A DNA stretch of 52,148 nt, from assembly GCA_963976765.1 (NCBI GenBank), contig CAXBME010000041.1, positions 1 to 52,148 on the forward strand. Direction: 5' to 3'. The position numbers and the translations under genes were made by a program. Below, in pieces: positions 36,188-50,664 of this stretch. Below the pieces are notes generated by a model that made no database searches, had not been told where the DNA came from, and saw only the letters and a list, made by a program, of their open reading frames with translations. This stretch comes from an uncultured Planctomycetaceae bacterium. GTDB lineage: Bacteria; Planctomycetota; Planctomycetia; Planctomycetales; Planctomycetaceae. Every line of letters begins with the position of its first letter. Position 1 is the stretch's first letter.

Positions 36188-37137
36188 GGCACCTTCCGCA
36201 GTTCATCTGAGAGGAACACACCAAGAGTGGTCAGGTGCCGCAGCATGATGCGAACTTCGTCGGCCGGAATCGACACCTTGCGTCCGACTGCCGCACTTGG
36301 ATCGTTGGTCATCTGCATGTACGCATCATCCACGACGCCCATCTTGTGAGCAAGAAGGTGCCGTTTCTGAAAGCAACGACCGACGAATTCCCATTCGGCG
36401 GCGGCGAGAGCGCTGCACAGGTCGATTCCAAACAGATTGACGACCTTTTGCTGTGCCCTCGTCAAATTCTGGAACGACACGTTTTCAGCCTTGGCAGGGT
36501 CGCTGGCCTTGTCCTTGTTGACGCAGCAAGTCTCTCGCCCAAAACCGTCGAAAGCCGAGACCCCGTTTTCAAGGGCGTCGTCGATCAATTGTCGTCCAAT
36601 TTGCGCATCAACGTCGGCGGCGAGGTCAATCATCTTCAAGGCGAGGTCGATGTTCTTGTTGAGAATCTGACGTGAGTTGTGGAGTCCGCAATCCGGGCAA
36701 TAGGCAAAGCTGCCGAAGACGGTGTAGCGGAGCGTGCAGTTGTCGCAGACCACTTCCTCTTCAAGTTCGATCTCGGAGTACCGACGAATCCGCATGGGCT
36801 GGCCTTTGACCTTCATGCTCATGCCAATCCCGAAAGCCCCCTTTGGCTTCATGTCGAACTCAAGCGACTTCAGGTCTTTGATGAGGGCACCAGTCACCTG
36901 CTTCATCACGACCGACTCGGCATACTTGATCTGCGCCTTGGTGAAGAACTGATCTTGGGCGGCGCAGTGACCACAATAGGGGCAGTGGCACGGTGGCTCT
37001 CCTTCAGTAATGCCGGTGCCCGGAGTAATCTTGAAATACTCCTCGCATTCAGGGCATTCCCGCCCCAAGTAGCCGTCTTGATCCACGTTGATCGGAATGG
37101 AAAACGTGTTCCCAAGCCGTCGTAAGTGCCGAGTCAT
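36184..37137 (-). CDS. Zinc-finger protein with HEPN-like C-terminal domain
   Basis: CPEC/CPYC and CDNC/CPDC pairs; helical C-terminus with an R-x4-H motif (RHLLAH). Confidence 0.65.
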   Translation of the reverse strand: MTRHLRRLGNTFSIPINVDQDGYLGRECPECEEYFKITPGTGITEGEPPCHCPYCGHCAAQDQFFTKAQIKYAESVVMKQVTGALIKDLKSLEFDMKPKGAFGIGMSMKVKGQPMRIRRYSEIELEEEVVCDNCTLRYTVFGSFAYCPDCGLHNSRQILNKNIDLALKMIDLAADVDAQIGRQLIDDALENGVSAFDGFGRETCCVNKDKASDPAKAENVSFQNLTRAQQKVVNLFGIDLCSALAAAEWEFVGRCFQKRHLLAHKMGVVDDAYMQMTNDPSAAVGRKVSIPADEVRIMLRHLTTLGVFLSDELRKVP

Positions 37138-37177
37138 TGTTGCCGAAGCCTTTCGGTTTTGGTCAGTTGGTCATGGC

Positions 37178-37438
37178 CTACGCTGCCGTGAATTCCTTCC
37201 ACGGAACTGCCGACACTGGCACATTCGACATAAATCGAGCGATGTCGGTGCGACCGAAATACGTCGGCGTGCCTCTGGAATCCTGTGCCATGAGAACGAT
37301 GGGCAAGCCGGGGAAGAGTGGTTGAAATGATGCAATGGCGTCATTGGCTTCACTGCGGTTGTCCACGACGTGGCGTTTGACGATGACCACTGCAAAGGTC
37401 ACACCCTGTTCTTTAATTACCGCTCCTTGAAAGCGCAT
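37178..37438 (-). CDS. Small hypothetical protein
   Basis: 86 aa; AGGAG SD; lies within the operon. Confidence 0.8.
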   Translation of the reverse strand: MRFQGAVIKEQGVTFAVVIVKRHVVDNRSEANDAIASFQPLFPGLPIVLMAQDSRGTPTYFGRTDIARFMSNVPVSAVPWKEFTAA

Positions 37439-37470
37439 TGTGATACTCCTGTTGGGTAGGTGTGGTCGAG

Positions 37471-37788
37471 TTAGCGATACGACGGGACACGATTGGCGAC
37501 ATTCGATGTTCCGCTGGAAGTCACGACGCAGACAAGCCGTCCATCGCTGCGAGCAGCATTGTTTTCCCAGTGAAGCGGTCGAAGGTTCGATACAAGGTCC
37601 GAACCGCCCCGTGATACGGGCGTGATGTGGTCAATCTCCCGGCCGTAGACGGAGCCTCGATTTCCGTACTGCATCCACTGAATCCACGCCCCACATTGGT
37701 CTTTGCGGAAACCGTTCGCCTCATTCTGGGGATCAACGTACTGCGTTTTCTGCCAAACCTGCTGGATGGTCTGCTGCGTGACGGCCAT
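37471..37788 (-). CDS. Stand-alone HNH endonuclease
   Basis: EIDHITPVSRGGSDLVSNLRPLHWENN. Confidence 0.9.
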   Translation of the reverse strand: MAVTQQTIQQVWQKTQYVDPQNEANGFRKDQCGAWIQWMQYGNRGSVYGREIDHITPVSRGGSDLVSNLRPLHWENNAARSDGRLVCVVTSSGTSNVANRVPSYR

Positions 37789-37876
37789 GCCAATCAACTC
37801 CCAAATCAGTCGTGTGTGGGAGGATTGCAGCCGACAGTCCTGCCGGAAAAACCGTCAACCCTTCCTTAGTCGCTAC

Positions 37877-37971
37877 ATGCTATATGTTCGCTATGCAAGA
37901 AGTCAAGAGGACGGCGAGCCGGTCCCTCTGGTTGAAGCGGACACACGGAAATCGTAGGATGTTCGTTTTGC
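37877..37971. promoter_or_regulatory. Divergent sigma-70 promoters, each with an ATGTTCGYTWTGC box
   Basis: Minus strand: TTGACT-18-TAGCAT with the box at 37884-37896 in the spacer. Plus strand: TTGAAG-17-TAGGAT (37932-37960) with the box at 37959-37971. Confidence 0.55.
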
Positions 37972-38004
37972 GGTTATCCATTTGCGGAAAAAGGGTTGTG
38001 CCGA

Positions 38005-38421
38005 ATGGCCACTGTCGGTGAACGCATTAAGGCTCGTCGTGATGAGCTTGACTGGACGCAGGATGAACTGGCCAACAAAGCCAACATCAGCAAGAGCTTC
38101 CTGTCAGACCTTGAAAACGGGAAACGCAACGTCGGGGCGGACAAGCTGCTCGACATTGCCCGTGCGCTGAGTCTGTCACTGGACTACCTGATGACAGGCA
38201 AGAACGCCAAAAGGACGGCAACGGAAGAGTCTGCCGAAGAAGTGCAGATACCAAAGGCGCTGGCGGCGTTTGCTGCCGACGAAGGGATCAGTTTTCGGCA
38301 GGCGATTGCACTGCTGGAAATGCAGAACCAGATCATCGCCCACCGCAGCAGCACAAAGAAAGGTGATCTGGATAAGGTCGATTGGCAGAAGTTCTATGAG
38401 GCAGTGAAGGAATTCCTATGA
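38005..38421 (+). CDS. XRE-family repressor with DdrO-like C-terminal domain
   Basis: VGERIK...TQDELA...ISKSFLSDLENGKR HTH; C-terminal IP..L...DW..FYEAVKEFL. Confidence 0.9.
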   Translation: MATVGERIKARRDELDWTQDELANKANISKSFLSDLENGKRNVGADKLLDIARALSLSLDYLMTGKNAKRTATEESAEEVQIPKALAAFAADEGISFRQAIALLEMQNQIIAHRSSTKKGDLDKVDWQKFYEAVKEFL

Positions 38422-39416
38422 GCGCATTGGATCAGGAACAAGACGTTGTTGATCTTGCTGAAAAACTGGGGCTCAATGGTTCTCCCGTCGCAGCAATCAT
38501 CAATTTTTGTCAGGGCCAGATAGACACTTGGGTTGGTGAAGCCGGTGGTGTCACGTCGGTTGACGAACTGGAGGCCATCGTTGCGAATCGACTGAATCTC
38601 GTCTTTGAAGAGATTCACGACGACGGTGATCTCGCCAACCTGAAACGCAAGTATGTCCAAAGGGGCGAACACGTCTTTGCGCATATCGTGGAGAACGACC
38701 TGACGCCGGACACTTTTGGCACCATGGTTCGGCTCAAGGACGGAACTCACGTTGCTGTCATCGATTGCCGTGGTGACAAGGCCGCACGGCGTTTCTTCAC
38801 CCGCTGGCACGAAATCGCTCACCTCTTGGTCGAACCTGACTGTGAACGGCAGGTTTTCCGATCCACCGACGAACCGCTTGAACGGCTCATGGACCAGATT
38901 GCTGGCCATGTTGGGTTCTACGACTCGATCTTCTCACCGCTGTTTAATACGCACATCTCCCAAGGTGGCAGGTTGACGTTCGACATCGTGGAGGCTGTCA
39001 GGCAGCAGTTCTGCCCCTATGCCAGCTTTCAATCGACGCTTTATGCCTGTCACCGACGAATGACCACGCCGCTGCTCTACGTCGAAGCACGCATGGAATA
39101 TACGGCCAACGAGCGTCGTGGGCTCAACCAAATGCGAATGTTCGATGACGACAAGCCCGAGAAGAAGCTGCGGGTTCAACTGGCTGTCCCCAACGGCCCT
39201 GCCAGCGAAATGGACCTGACGGCACGAAACAACATGCGAGTACCGGAATCTTCAGTCATCTACAGGGCATTTGTGGAAGAACTGCCCGACGCATCCGGTG
39301 AAGAGAATCTGAATTCGTGGACCTTCTCCAAAGGCGGATCGCTGATCGATTGCGAGGTCTTCATTCAGGCACGGCGTATCGATCAGGCAGTTATGGCAAC
39401 AATCCAACCGAAATAG
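38418..39416 (+). CDS. ImmA/IrrE-family metallopeptidase
   Basis: RRFFTRWHEIAH HExxH motif plus a downstream E; coupled to the XRE gene. Confidence 0.8.
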   Translation: MSALDQEQDVVDLAEKLGLNGSPVAAIINFCQGQIDTWVGEAGGVTSVDELEAIVANRLNLVFEEIHDDGDLANLKRKYVQRGEHVFAHIVENDLTPDTFGTMVRLKDGTHVAVIDCRGDKAARRFFTRWHEIAHLLVEPDCERQVFRSTDEPLERLMDQIAGHVGFYDSIFSPLFNTHISQGGRLTFDIVEAVRQQFCPYASFQSTLYACHRRMTTPLLYVEARMEYTANERRGLNQMRMFDDDKPEKKLRVQLAVPNGPASEMDLTARNNMRVPESSVIYRAFVEELPDASGEENLNSWTFSKGGSLIDCEVFIQARRIDQAVMATIQPK

Positions 39417-39451
39417 ACGAACAACGAAGTAACTGGGTACAGGCAAACTAA

Positions 39452-43383
<3,932 letters not shown>

Positions 43384-43391
<8 letters not shown>

Positions 43392-44931
43392 TCTGCCCAT
43401 CAACCTTGAAGACCTGCTGCGGCAACGCACGGTCGAAGGCGACCGGATTGAATACAAGGAAGGCTGGAACCCGGCTGCCATCATGCGGACGTTGTGTGCC
43501 TTCGCCAACGACTTCGAGAATCTCGGCGGCGGCTACGTGGTCATCGGGCAGGACTGCGATGAGAACGGGCTGCCGGTTTTTCCACCGACCGGGCTGAACG
43601 ACAACCAGCTTGATCCGATCCAGCAACAGCTACTCGGCTTCTGCAAACTGATCCAGCCGGAATACTACCCGATGTTGAGCGTGCAGAAGTACGACGGGAA
43701 AAACCTGATCGTGCTGTGGGCTCCCGGTGGCCAGAACCGCCCGTACAAAGCACCTCGGGACGTGACGGCCAAGAAGAAGGAGTATCACTACTTCATTCGC
43801 CGGTACTCCAGCACCGTGCAGGTCACGGAGAACAGCGAGGACCAGCGGGAACTGCTCAGCCTGACGGCCACCATTCCCTTCGATGATCGCCGGTGCCCGA
43901 ACGCCAGCATCGACGACCTGAAGCTGCCGCTCATCAGGGAGTATCTGAAAGAGATCGGCAGCAATCTCGCCGATGCTGAGAACCTGCCGTTTCTCGATCT
44001 GTGCCGTCAGATGAACATCGTCGATGGCGGCGACGAGTTCGTGAAGCCTCGAAATGTGGGCATCCTGTTCTTCAACGACGAACCGAAGAAGTTCCTTCCC
44101 GGTGCTCAGATTGACGTGGTGATTTTCCCCAAGGGACCGGGCGGTGGTGAACTGATCGAGAAGACATTCCAAGGTCCGATCCACGAACAGGTTCGTTCGG
44201 CCTTGCGCTACATCCAGAACGAGGTCATCCGTGAGAAGGTCATCAAACAAAAAGATAAGCCGGAAGCAATCCGGTTGTTCAACTATCCGTTTCCGGCAAT
44301 CGAGGAAGCCTTGGTTAATGCGGTCTACCACCGCAGCTACGAACAACCGGAACCCGTCGAAGTTCGGGTCAACCCAGACCGGATGGAAATCGTCAGCTAC
44401 CCCGGCCCGGATGCGTCGATTCGAATTGAGGCCCTGAATGGTGAGCGAATTGTCGCTCGACGTTACCGCAATCGGAGGATTGGCGATTTCCTGAAGGAAC
44501 TCGACCTGACCGAAGGCCGCTGCACGGGTATCCCGACCATGCGTTCAGCCATGGCCGAAAACGGCTCTCCGCCACCAAGGTTCGCCACCGACGAGAATCG
44601 GACGTATTTCTTCGCAGAATTACTGGTTCATCCTGATTTGCCCGGAATTGGCAGGGCGCATGACGAGGCGCATGTGGAGGCGCATGACGAAACGCTGGAA
44701 GACTTGAATCAGACGGAGGTTACGATTCTCGGGTTCCTCGAAGGCACCCCGCAAAACCGTCCAGCGATTGCACGTCATTTAGGTCTGAACAGTCGAAGCG
44801 GCCACCTCTACAAAGCAATTTTCCACCTGCGGGAGATTGGCTACATCGAACTAACCCTGCCAGATAAGCCCCAAAGTCGGAACCAAAAGTACAGAATCAC
44901 CGAGAAGGGACGGGCGGCCATCGCCAAATGA
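43384..44931 (+). CDS. AlbA_2 (Schlafen-like) domain + HATPase-like (RecG_C-type) + wHTH protein
   Basis: IEYKE...CAFAN...GGYVVIG; EALVNAVYHRSY...RNRRI...GTG-like; C-terminal PDKPQSRNQKYRIT wHTH. Confidence 0.85.
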
Positions 44932-44985
44932 GGGCGCATGACTGATAAATGATGAGGCGCATGAAAACCAAGGCAAAGCCGCATG
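44653..44985 (+). repeat. GGCGCATG repeats inside and just after the AlbA_2 gene
   Basis: Copies with a 12-bp period at 44655, 44667 and 44679 (encoding AHDE-AHVE-AHDE). Intergenic copies at 44933 and 44956, and GCCGCATG over the hsdR ATG. Confidence 0.7.
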
Positions 44986-47900
44986 TCCGAATACGAATTC
45001 GTTGAAAAACCGTTTCTCGACCAGTTGGAAGCACTCGGTTGGACCGTGATCGATCAGGGGCCAGACATCCCTTCCGATCCGTCGAAGAGCCTGCGCAACA
45101 GCTTTCGAGAAGTGATTCTTCGAGACGAGTTCAACAAGGCGGTTCGCCGCATTAACGTCACCGACGACGGGCGGGAATGGCTCACCGATAAGCAACTCGA
45201 CAAACTCTTTGACGACATCACTGGCCAGACAGGTAACAGCCTTCGAGAAATCAACGAGAACGTTCAGGAGTTACTCTACCGGATTCAGGCCGACGAGAAC
45301 GAACTGACCGGCGAGGAAGACCCAAACGTCAAGCTAATCGACTTCAAGCATCCTGAGAGAAACACCTTCCACGCCATCAACCAGTTCCGCATCGACACAC
45401 CGGGCGGCGTGAAGCTGTTCATCATTCCCGACATCGTGCTGTTCGTGAACGGCCTGCCGCTGGTTGTTGTTGAAGCAAAGGACCGGAATCAGGTTGAAGC
45501 CAATCCAATGGCCGAAGCCTTCAAGCAGTTGATGCGGTATTCGGAACAGCGTGAAGAGACGAAAGAGGCGGGCCTCAAGGAAGGTGAGCCTCGGCTGTTC
45601 CACACGAATCAGTTCATCATTCGGACCTGTGGGGATCAGTGCGAGTTCGGAACGGTCACATCGACGGATGAGGAATACTTTTATCCGTGGCGTGACATCT
45701 ACCCGGTGAAGTATCGCAAGTATGAGCCGCCACTTGGGAAGGAACGGCAACAGGAGCTTCTCGTTCAAGGGATGCTGCCGAAGGAGACGTTGCTGGACAT
45801 CGTGCGCAACTGCACGGTGTTTATGGATGTGGGTGACACCAGAGCCAAGATCGTCTGCCGCTACCAGCAATACCGGGCCATGTTGAAGATCGTTGATCGA
45901 TTGCGCACGGGGCAAACACCGACGGAACGATCCGGCGTCGTCTGGCACACGCAGGGTTCCGGCAAGAGCCTGAGCATGGTCTTTCTGATTCGGAAGCTGC
46001 GTCGATGTGACGACCTAAAGGACTACAAGGTCTGTCTCATCAATGACCGTACCGATCTGGAAGAGCAGCTTGGCAAGACGGCGGCCCTTGCAGGTGAGAA
46101 AGTCACCTACATCAACAGCACGGGTGAGTTGCGGGAGAGGCTCGCTTCGGACTTCGGCAATTTGAATATGGTGATGGTTCACAAGTTTCAGGAGGCCCAA
46201 CGGGACGTTCCTGACTACTTGGAATCCGCTTTGGAGATTCCCCGCTACGAGAGTTTTGGCATCGTCAACTCATCAGAACGAATCCTGCTGATGATCGATG
46301 AGGCGCACCGAACGCAATCCGGCGACCTCGGTGACAATCTGTTCGAAGCCTTCCCTAACGCCACTCGTCTGGCCTTCACAGGGACACCGTTGATCGTCGT
46401 CAAGGACAAGAAGCAGACGGTAGATCGATTCGGCACATACATCGACAAATACAAGTTGCAGGATGCCGTTGATGACGGAGCAACGGTGCAGATTCTCTAT
46501 GAAGGGAAGACGGCGGACTCCGCAATTGAGCGTAAAGCCGAGTTCGACCAGAAGGTGGACACGCTCGCAAGAACTCACGTCGAGTCCCAGCTTCGCAAAC
46601 AGGAGAACGTGGATCGATTAAAGAAGATGGCGACAGCCGAAGGAAAGAAGTTCGACGATCTCGTCAAAGAGAAGACCGACGAAGAGATTCTTGAACTGAA
46701 AAAGAAGTGGGGAACAACCGGCGACATTCTTGAAGCCGACAAACGCATCGAGGAAATCGCTGCCGATGTTGTCGATCATTACGTCGCTAACATTCTGCCG
46801 AACGGCTTTAAGGCACAGGTTGTCTGCGCTTCCAAGATGGCCGCAGTGAAGTACAAGAAGTACATCGACAACGCCTTGTCTGATCGATTGGCCGCAGAGC
46901 AGGCAAAGCCAATCTGGACTGGCGATCCAGCCGGATTGACGGACGACAACCGAGACTCGTTCCGGGATGACGATCTCTGTAAGCGAATCGCCTTCCTCAA
47001 ATCTGTCGTGGTCGTTTCCTCAGCGGGAACCAACGAGCCTGCTGTCATCACAGCAGCACGCAAGCACGCCCGTGAAGTCAACGCAGTCAAGAGCTTTAAG
47101 AAAGCATTCGACCTCGATGATCCAAACAAGGAAGACACCGGAATTGCATTTCTGATTGTCTGCGACATGCTGCTCACCGGATTCGACGCTCCCATCGAGC
47201 AGGTAATGTACATCGACAAGAAGGTCAAAGACCACAACCTGCTTCAAACAATTGCCCGTGTGAATCGAGTCGCCAAGGGCAAGAGTCGAGGTTACATCAT
47301 CGACTACATTGGCTTGTCGAATCATTTGAAGCAGGCACTTTCGATCTACGCTGGTGAGGATCAGGCTGACCTCGAAGGGTCATTTCAAGACATCGCCGTC
47401 GAGCTTCCGGTACTTGAAACTCGTTACCAGCGACTCCTGAATCTCTTCAAAGACTGCGGGGTCGTGCGCATCGAGGAGTTCGTCAATCAGCAGATCAGCG
47501 ATCCAAAAGACGAATTCACCGTGCTGGAAGACGCTATCGACAAGATGGAAGACGTTAGACGCCGTTCCAACTTTGAGGTCTACCTGAAGAAGTTTTATCA
47601 AAGCATGGACATCGTGCTGCCGCATTCGGCGGCTAATCCCTACAAGATTCCGGCGAAACGATTTGGCTATCTGCTGGTTCGAGTTCGGGAGCGCTACAAG
47701 GACGAGACGCTCAGCATCACCGACATTGGTGGCAAAGTTCAGAAGCTCATTGACCAGCATCTCATCAGCCTCGGCATCAATCCGAAGATTCCTCCTGTCG
47801 AGTTGCTGTCTTCGCAGTTTGTGACGGAGATCGAAAAGAACAAGTCTTCCAAGGCAAAGGCGAGCGAGATGGAGCACGCCATCCGCAAGCATTGCAAGGT

Positions 47901-48363
47901 GAAGTTCGAACAAGACCCAGCTTTCTACCGAAACCTGAGCGACAAGCTCGAAGAACTCATCAAGAAACACAAAGACAACTGGGACGAACTGTACAAAGAC
48001 ATGTTCACTTTGCGGAAAGACGCCGAGCAGGGAAGAAAGGCAAGTGTCAGCGGCGTGACGGCCAAAGCGGAGCCCTTCTACGACGTGATCGTTCAAGAAG
48101 CGTTTGGAAAGGCGGGAGTTCCCGATACACAAGCCGAACAGGTCAAGACGCTGGCCAATCTTATCATCAAGAAGTTGGGGGCGACGATCTACATGACCAA
48201 CTTCTGGCGTCCCAACAACCCGGACGTGGAGCAGTTGCAGGGCGATCTATCGGACCTGATTCTGCTGACGGGCATCGACGAAGTTATAGACAAGACCGAC
48301 AAGCTGGTTGCCGACATCACGCAACTGGCGAAGGTGAGACACAGCGACATTGTTGAGTCATGA
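44983..48363 (+). CDS. hsdR: Type I RM restriction subunit
   Basis: PDIVLFVNGLPLVVVEAK nuclease motif, HTQGSGKS, DEAH, FTGTP, LLTGFD and QTIARVNR. Confidence 0.97.
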   Translation: MSEYEFVEKPFLDQLEALGWTVIDQGPDIPSDPSKSLRNSFREVILRDEFNKAVRRINVTDDGREWLTDKQLDKLFDDITGQTGNSLREINENVQELLYRIQADENELTGEEDPNVKLIDFKHPERNTFHAINQFRIDTPGGVKLFIIPDIVLFVNGLPLVVVEAKDRNQVEANPMAEAFKQLMRYSEQREETKEAGLKEGEPRLFHTNQFIIRTCGDQCEFGTVTSTDEEYFYPWRDIYPVKYRKYEPPLGKERQQELLVQGMLPKETLLDIVRNCTVFMDVGDTRAKIVCRYQQYRAMLKIVDRLRTGQTPTERSGVVWHTQGSGKSLSMVFLIRKLRRCDDLKDYKVCLINDRTDLEEQLGKTAALAGEKVTYINSTGELRERLASDFGNLNMVMVHKFQEAQRDVPDYLESALEIPRYESFGIVNSSERILLMIDEAHRTQSGDLGDNLFEAFPNATRLAFTGTPLIVVKDKKQTVDRFGTYIDKYKLQDAVDDGATVQILYEGKTADSAIERKAEFDQKVDTLARTHVESQLRKQENVDRLKKMATAEGKKFDDLVKEKTDEEILELKKKWGTTGDILEADKRIEEIAADVVDHYVANILPNGFKAQVVCASKMAAVKYKKYIDNALSDRLAAEQAKPIWTGDPAGLTDDNRDSFRDDDLCKRIAFLKSVVVVSSAGTNEPAVITAARKHAREVNAVKSFKKAFDLDDPNKEDTGIAFLIVCDMLLTGFDAPIEQVMYIDKKVKDHNLLQTIARVNRVAKGKSRGYIIDYIGLSNHLKQALSIYAGEDQADLEGSFQDIAVELPVLETRYQRLLNLFKDCGVVRIEEFVNQQISDPKDEFTVLEDAIDKMEDVRRRSNFEVYLKKFYQSMDIVLPHSAANPYKIPAKRFGYLLVRVRERYKDETLSITDIGGKVQKLIDQHLISLGINPKIPPVELLSSQFVTEIEKNKSSKAKASEMEHAIRKHCKVKFEQDPAFYRNLSDKLEELIKKHKDNWDELYKDMFTLRKDAEQGRKASVSGVTAKAEPFYDVIVQEAFGKAGVPDTQAEQVKTLANLIIKKLGATIYMTNFWRPNNPDVEQLQGDLSDLILLTGIDEVIDKTDKLVADITQLAKVRHSDIVES

Positions 48364-49049
48364 GGACATACAAAGACATTCAGTACACGCTTCATCGAAG
48401 CGACCGGAAGACGGCCAGCATCTACATCGAACGAGATGGAGAAGTGTCCGTGCTGGTACCGGAGTCGCTGGACGACGCCCAGATCGACGACTTGATCGAG
48501 AGCAAGCGTCGGTGGATTTACACGGGGCTGGCTGAATGGCAAGACCTGAACTCAACTCGTGTGCGGCGAGAGTTCGTCAATGGCGAAGGCTTCCTGTACC
48601 TCGGTCGCTCCTACCGACTCCAGATCGTTGAAGAACAGGACGTGCCACTCAAGCTCAAGGACGGGTACTTCTGCCTTCGATCAGAAGATGGCAAAAGCGA
48701 AGAAGGCTTCAACGTCTTCAAAGAGTTCTATCGAGGCAAGGGGCGTGAACGGATACCTGAGCGAGTCGCCCTGTATCAGAACGAATTGGGTGTTGAACCG
48801 GGGACGATCAAAGTCGTCGAGCTTCAGAATCGTTGGGCATCGTGTTCGCCGAACGGAAACCTGAGCTTCCACTGGAAGTGCATGATGGCCCCACTCACCG
48901 TGCTCGATTACATCATCGTTCACGAACTGGCGCACCTGCTGCACCCGAACCACACGGAAGCATTTTGGAACGAAGTTGACAAGCTGCTGCCTGACTACCA
49001 AGAGCGAAAGGAATGGCTTCGCACAAACGGAGCCGGTATGGATTTGTAA
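48360..49049 (+). CDS. YgjP/DUF45-like metal-dependent hydrolase
   Basis: RWASCS...DYIIVHELAHL..NH...FW; typical position after hsdR. Confidence 0.9.
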   Translation: MRTYKDIQYTLHRSDRKTASIYIERDGEVSVLVPESLDDAQIDDLIESKRRWIYTGLAEWQDLNSTRVRREFVNGEGFLYLGRSYRLQIVEEQDVPLKLKDGYFCLRSEDGKSEEGFNVFKEFYRGKGRERIPERVALYQNELGVEPGTIKVVELQNRWASCSPNGNLSFHWKCMMAPLTVLDYIIVHELAHLLHPNHTEAFWNEVDKLLPDYQERKEWLRTNGAGMDL

Positions 49050-49267
49050 TAATGATTCAGCAAGTTGAGCACAGCATGACGCCACGACACTTTTCCTTCG
49101 ATCCCGCACGCAACTCAGCCCTCTTTCGATTGCAGAGTGTGGAAGACATCCCGACCATTCCCGGCGAACTGTTCGCCAAGTTCCAAACCAGTTTCTACTC
49201 AGACCCACGAGACGCAGCGTTCAAGGCGCTTGGGGTGGAGTGATGATTCCTTTCAGCAATAGTTTTC

Positions 49268-50545
49268 GTGGAAAGCAGCAGATATTTCGTGGCTGACTCC
49301 GACCCCATAAACGAGGCTTTTCAAGAAGGGTGCAGGCTCAAAGATCAAGCTCGCAAATCGAGAATCGGCCTCGAAGTTTACGAGCAAGCAGCAGAGCGCT
49401 TTCATACCGCTGGAGAGCTTTCTAGCCAGCTTGCAAAAAACGAGGAGCAGGCGGAACCAACAAAATTGCAGGCGGAACTCTTTGCAGAGTATTACCTCTA
49501 TGAAGAGCAGGAGTGTCTTTCAACTTGCTTTTACGAGAGACACGACATCGGACAAGCTGAGCGCTGCCACAATGAAGGTGTGGCACATCTCAAGACAGCG
49601 ATTCGCCTAGCAGAAGAGGCGATTCCCAAGGTGTCCGAGGACTGCGGCGATCACCTTCGAGGGAATATACGGGTTTGGACGCATTATTTGCATGTCAACG
49701 AGATTGAATCATCAGCATTCAAGGCACGAGAGGCTTGGGACAATGGCGACCTCATTCGTGCGTTAGACCATTATCGATTGATGCTATCCCGGCTTCCAAA
49801 GCTAATCGAAGATGCCAGCGACCCCGAATTGGACCCCGTTTACAAGAGGATCGCAATCGGAAATTACTTTGGAATGCAGGTCAATGCGAGCCAAGCACTC
49901 GCTCAAGCGTATTTGAATCGGGCCGAAGGTGACGTGCTTCCGACAGACCTTGCGATGATGATGTTGGAGCAGCTATTCCGAGCGTATCAAATTGGCGTGG
50001 TGGCGTTTCAAGCAAACCCGGAGTGGGACCACTACAGGGAAGATTCAGGGCATGTTTTGAAGATCATTAAAGACTTCCTTGAAGACAACAAAGACAAGTG
50101 GCTGAGCATCTACGTCGTATTCGAGGATGATGCCGCCTTTCTCTCGATAATGAAGGACGTAGACATGGAAAGGTTCAAAGAAGTCGAAGCCCAGAGGCAC
50201 ATCCGAGAGAGCAAGGCCGTCAAGCTATGGCAGATCGGGGCATTTTTTCTCTTGGCATTTTGTGTGGTCTTCGGCGCTGTCTTTTTGTTGCTACAAAGTT
50301 TCAATTTGTGGTGGCAGGTACTTCTCGGGCTTGTTGGAGTGGAAGTTCTGTTGCTTATTATCGGAGCGTTCACGCTTCGGTCAGTTGGCGACCTCTCTGA
50401 AAAAGGGTTTCTCGATCTTATTGGCATAGCATTTCAGCAACAGTTTCGAGTGTTCAACCTCCTAAAGAAGGCGGGGTCGAAATCAACTGAGCAAGGTGGC
50501 AATGCGGGAGAGTCGGAATCAGGTGATACCCCCAAGGATACCTGA
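49268..50545 (+). CDS. Helical (TPR-like) protein with two C-terminal TM helices
   Basis: 425 aa; helical-repeat-like N-terminus and two hydrophobic segments near the C-terminus; visibly more AT-rich than neighbours. Confidence 0.7.
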   Translation: MESSRYFVADSDPINEAFQEGCRLKDQARKSRIGLEVYEQAAERFHTAGELSSQLAKNEEQAEPTKLQAELFAEYYLYEEQECLSTCFYERHDIGQAERCHNEGVAHLKTAIRLAEEAIPKVSEDCGDHLRGNIRVWTHYLHVNEIESSAFKAREAWDNGDLIRALDHYRLMLSRLPKLIEDASDPELDPVYKRIAIGNYFGMQVNASQALAQAYLNRAEGDVLPTDLAMMMLEQLFRAYQIGVVAFQANPEWDHYREDSGHVLKIIKDFLEDNKDKWLSIYVVFEDDAAFLSIMKDVDMERFKEVEAQRHIRESKAVKLWQIGAFFLLAFCVVFGAVFLLLQSFNLWWQVLLGLVGVEVLLLIIGAFTLRSVGDLSEKGFLDLIGIAFQQQFRVFNLLKKAGSKSTEQGGNAGESESGDTPKDT

Positions 50546-50664
50546 ACCCAAACCATAACATGTGTTTCAAAGCACCTAGGTCATTCCGCAAAAGAATCGA
50601 CACGGAGCGAAATTGAAGGAATGGATCGTCGATGGCGATCCATGATCTTGACGGAGAATTCTGC

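Noticed and set aside
49013..49243. Small ORF between the YgjP-like gene and 49268
   Set aside because: No clear SD or motif; may be a remnant, so not listed as a feature.
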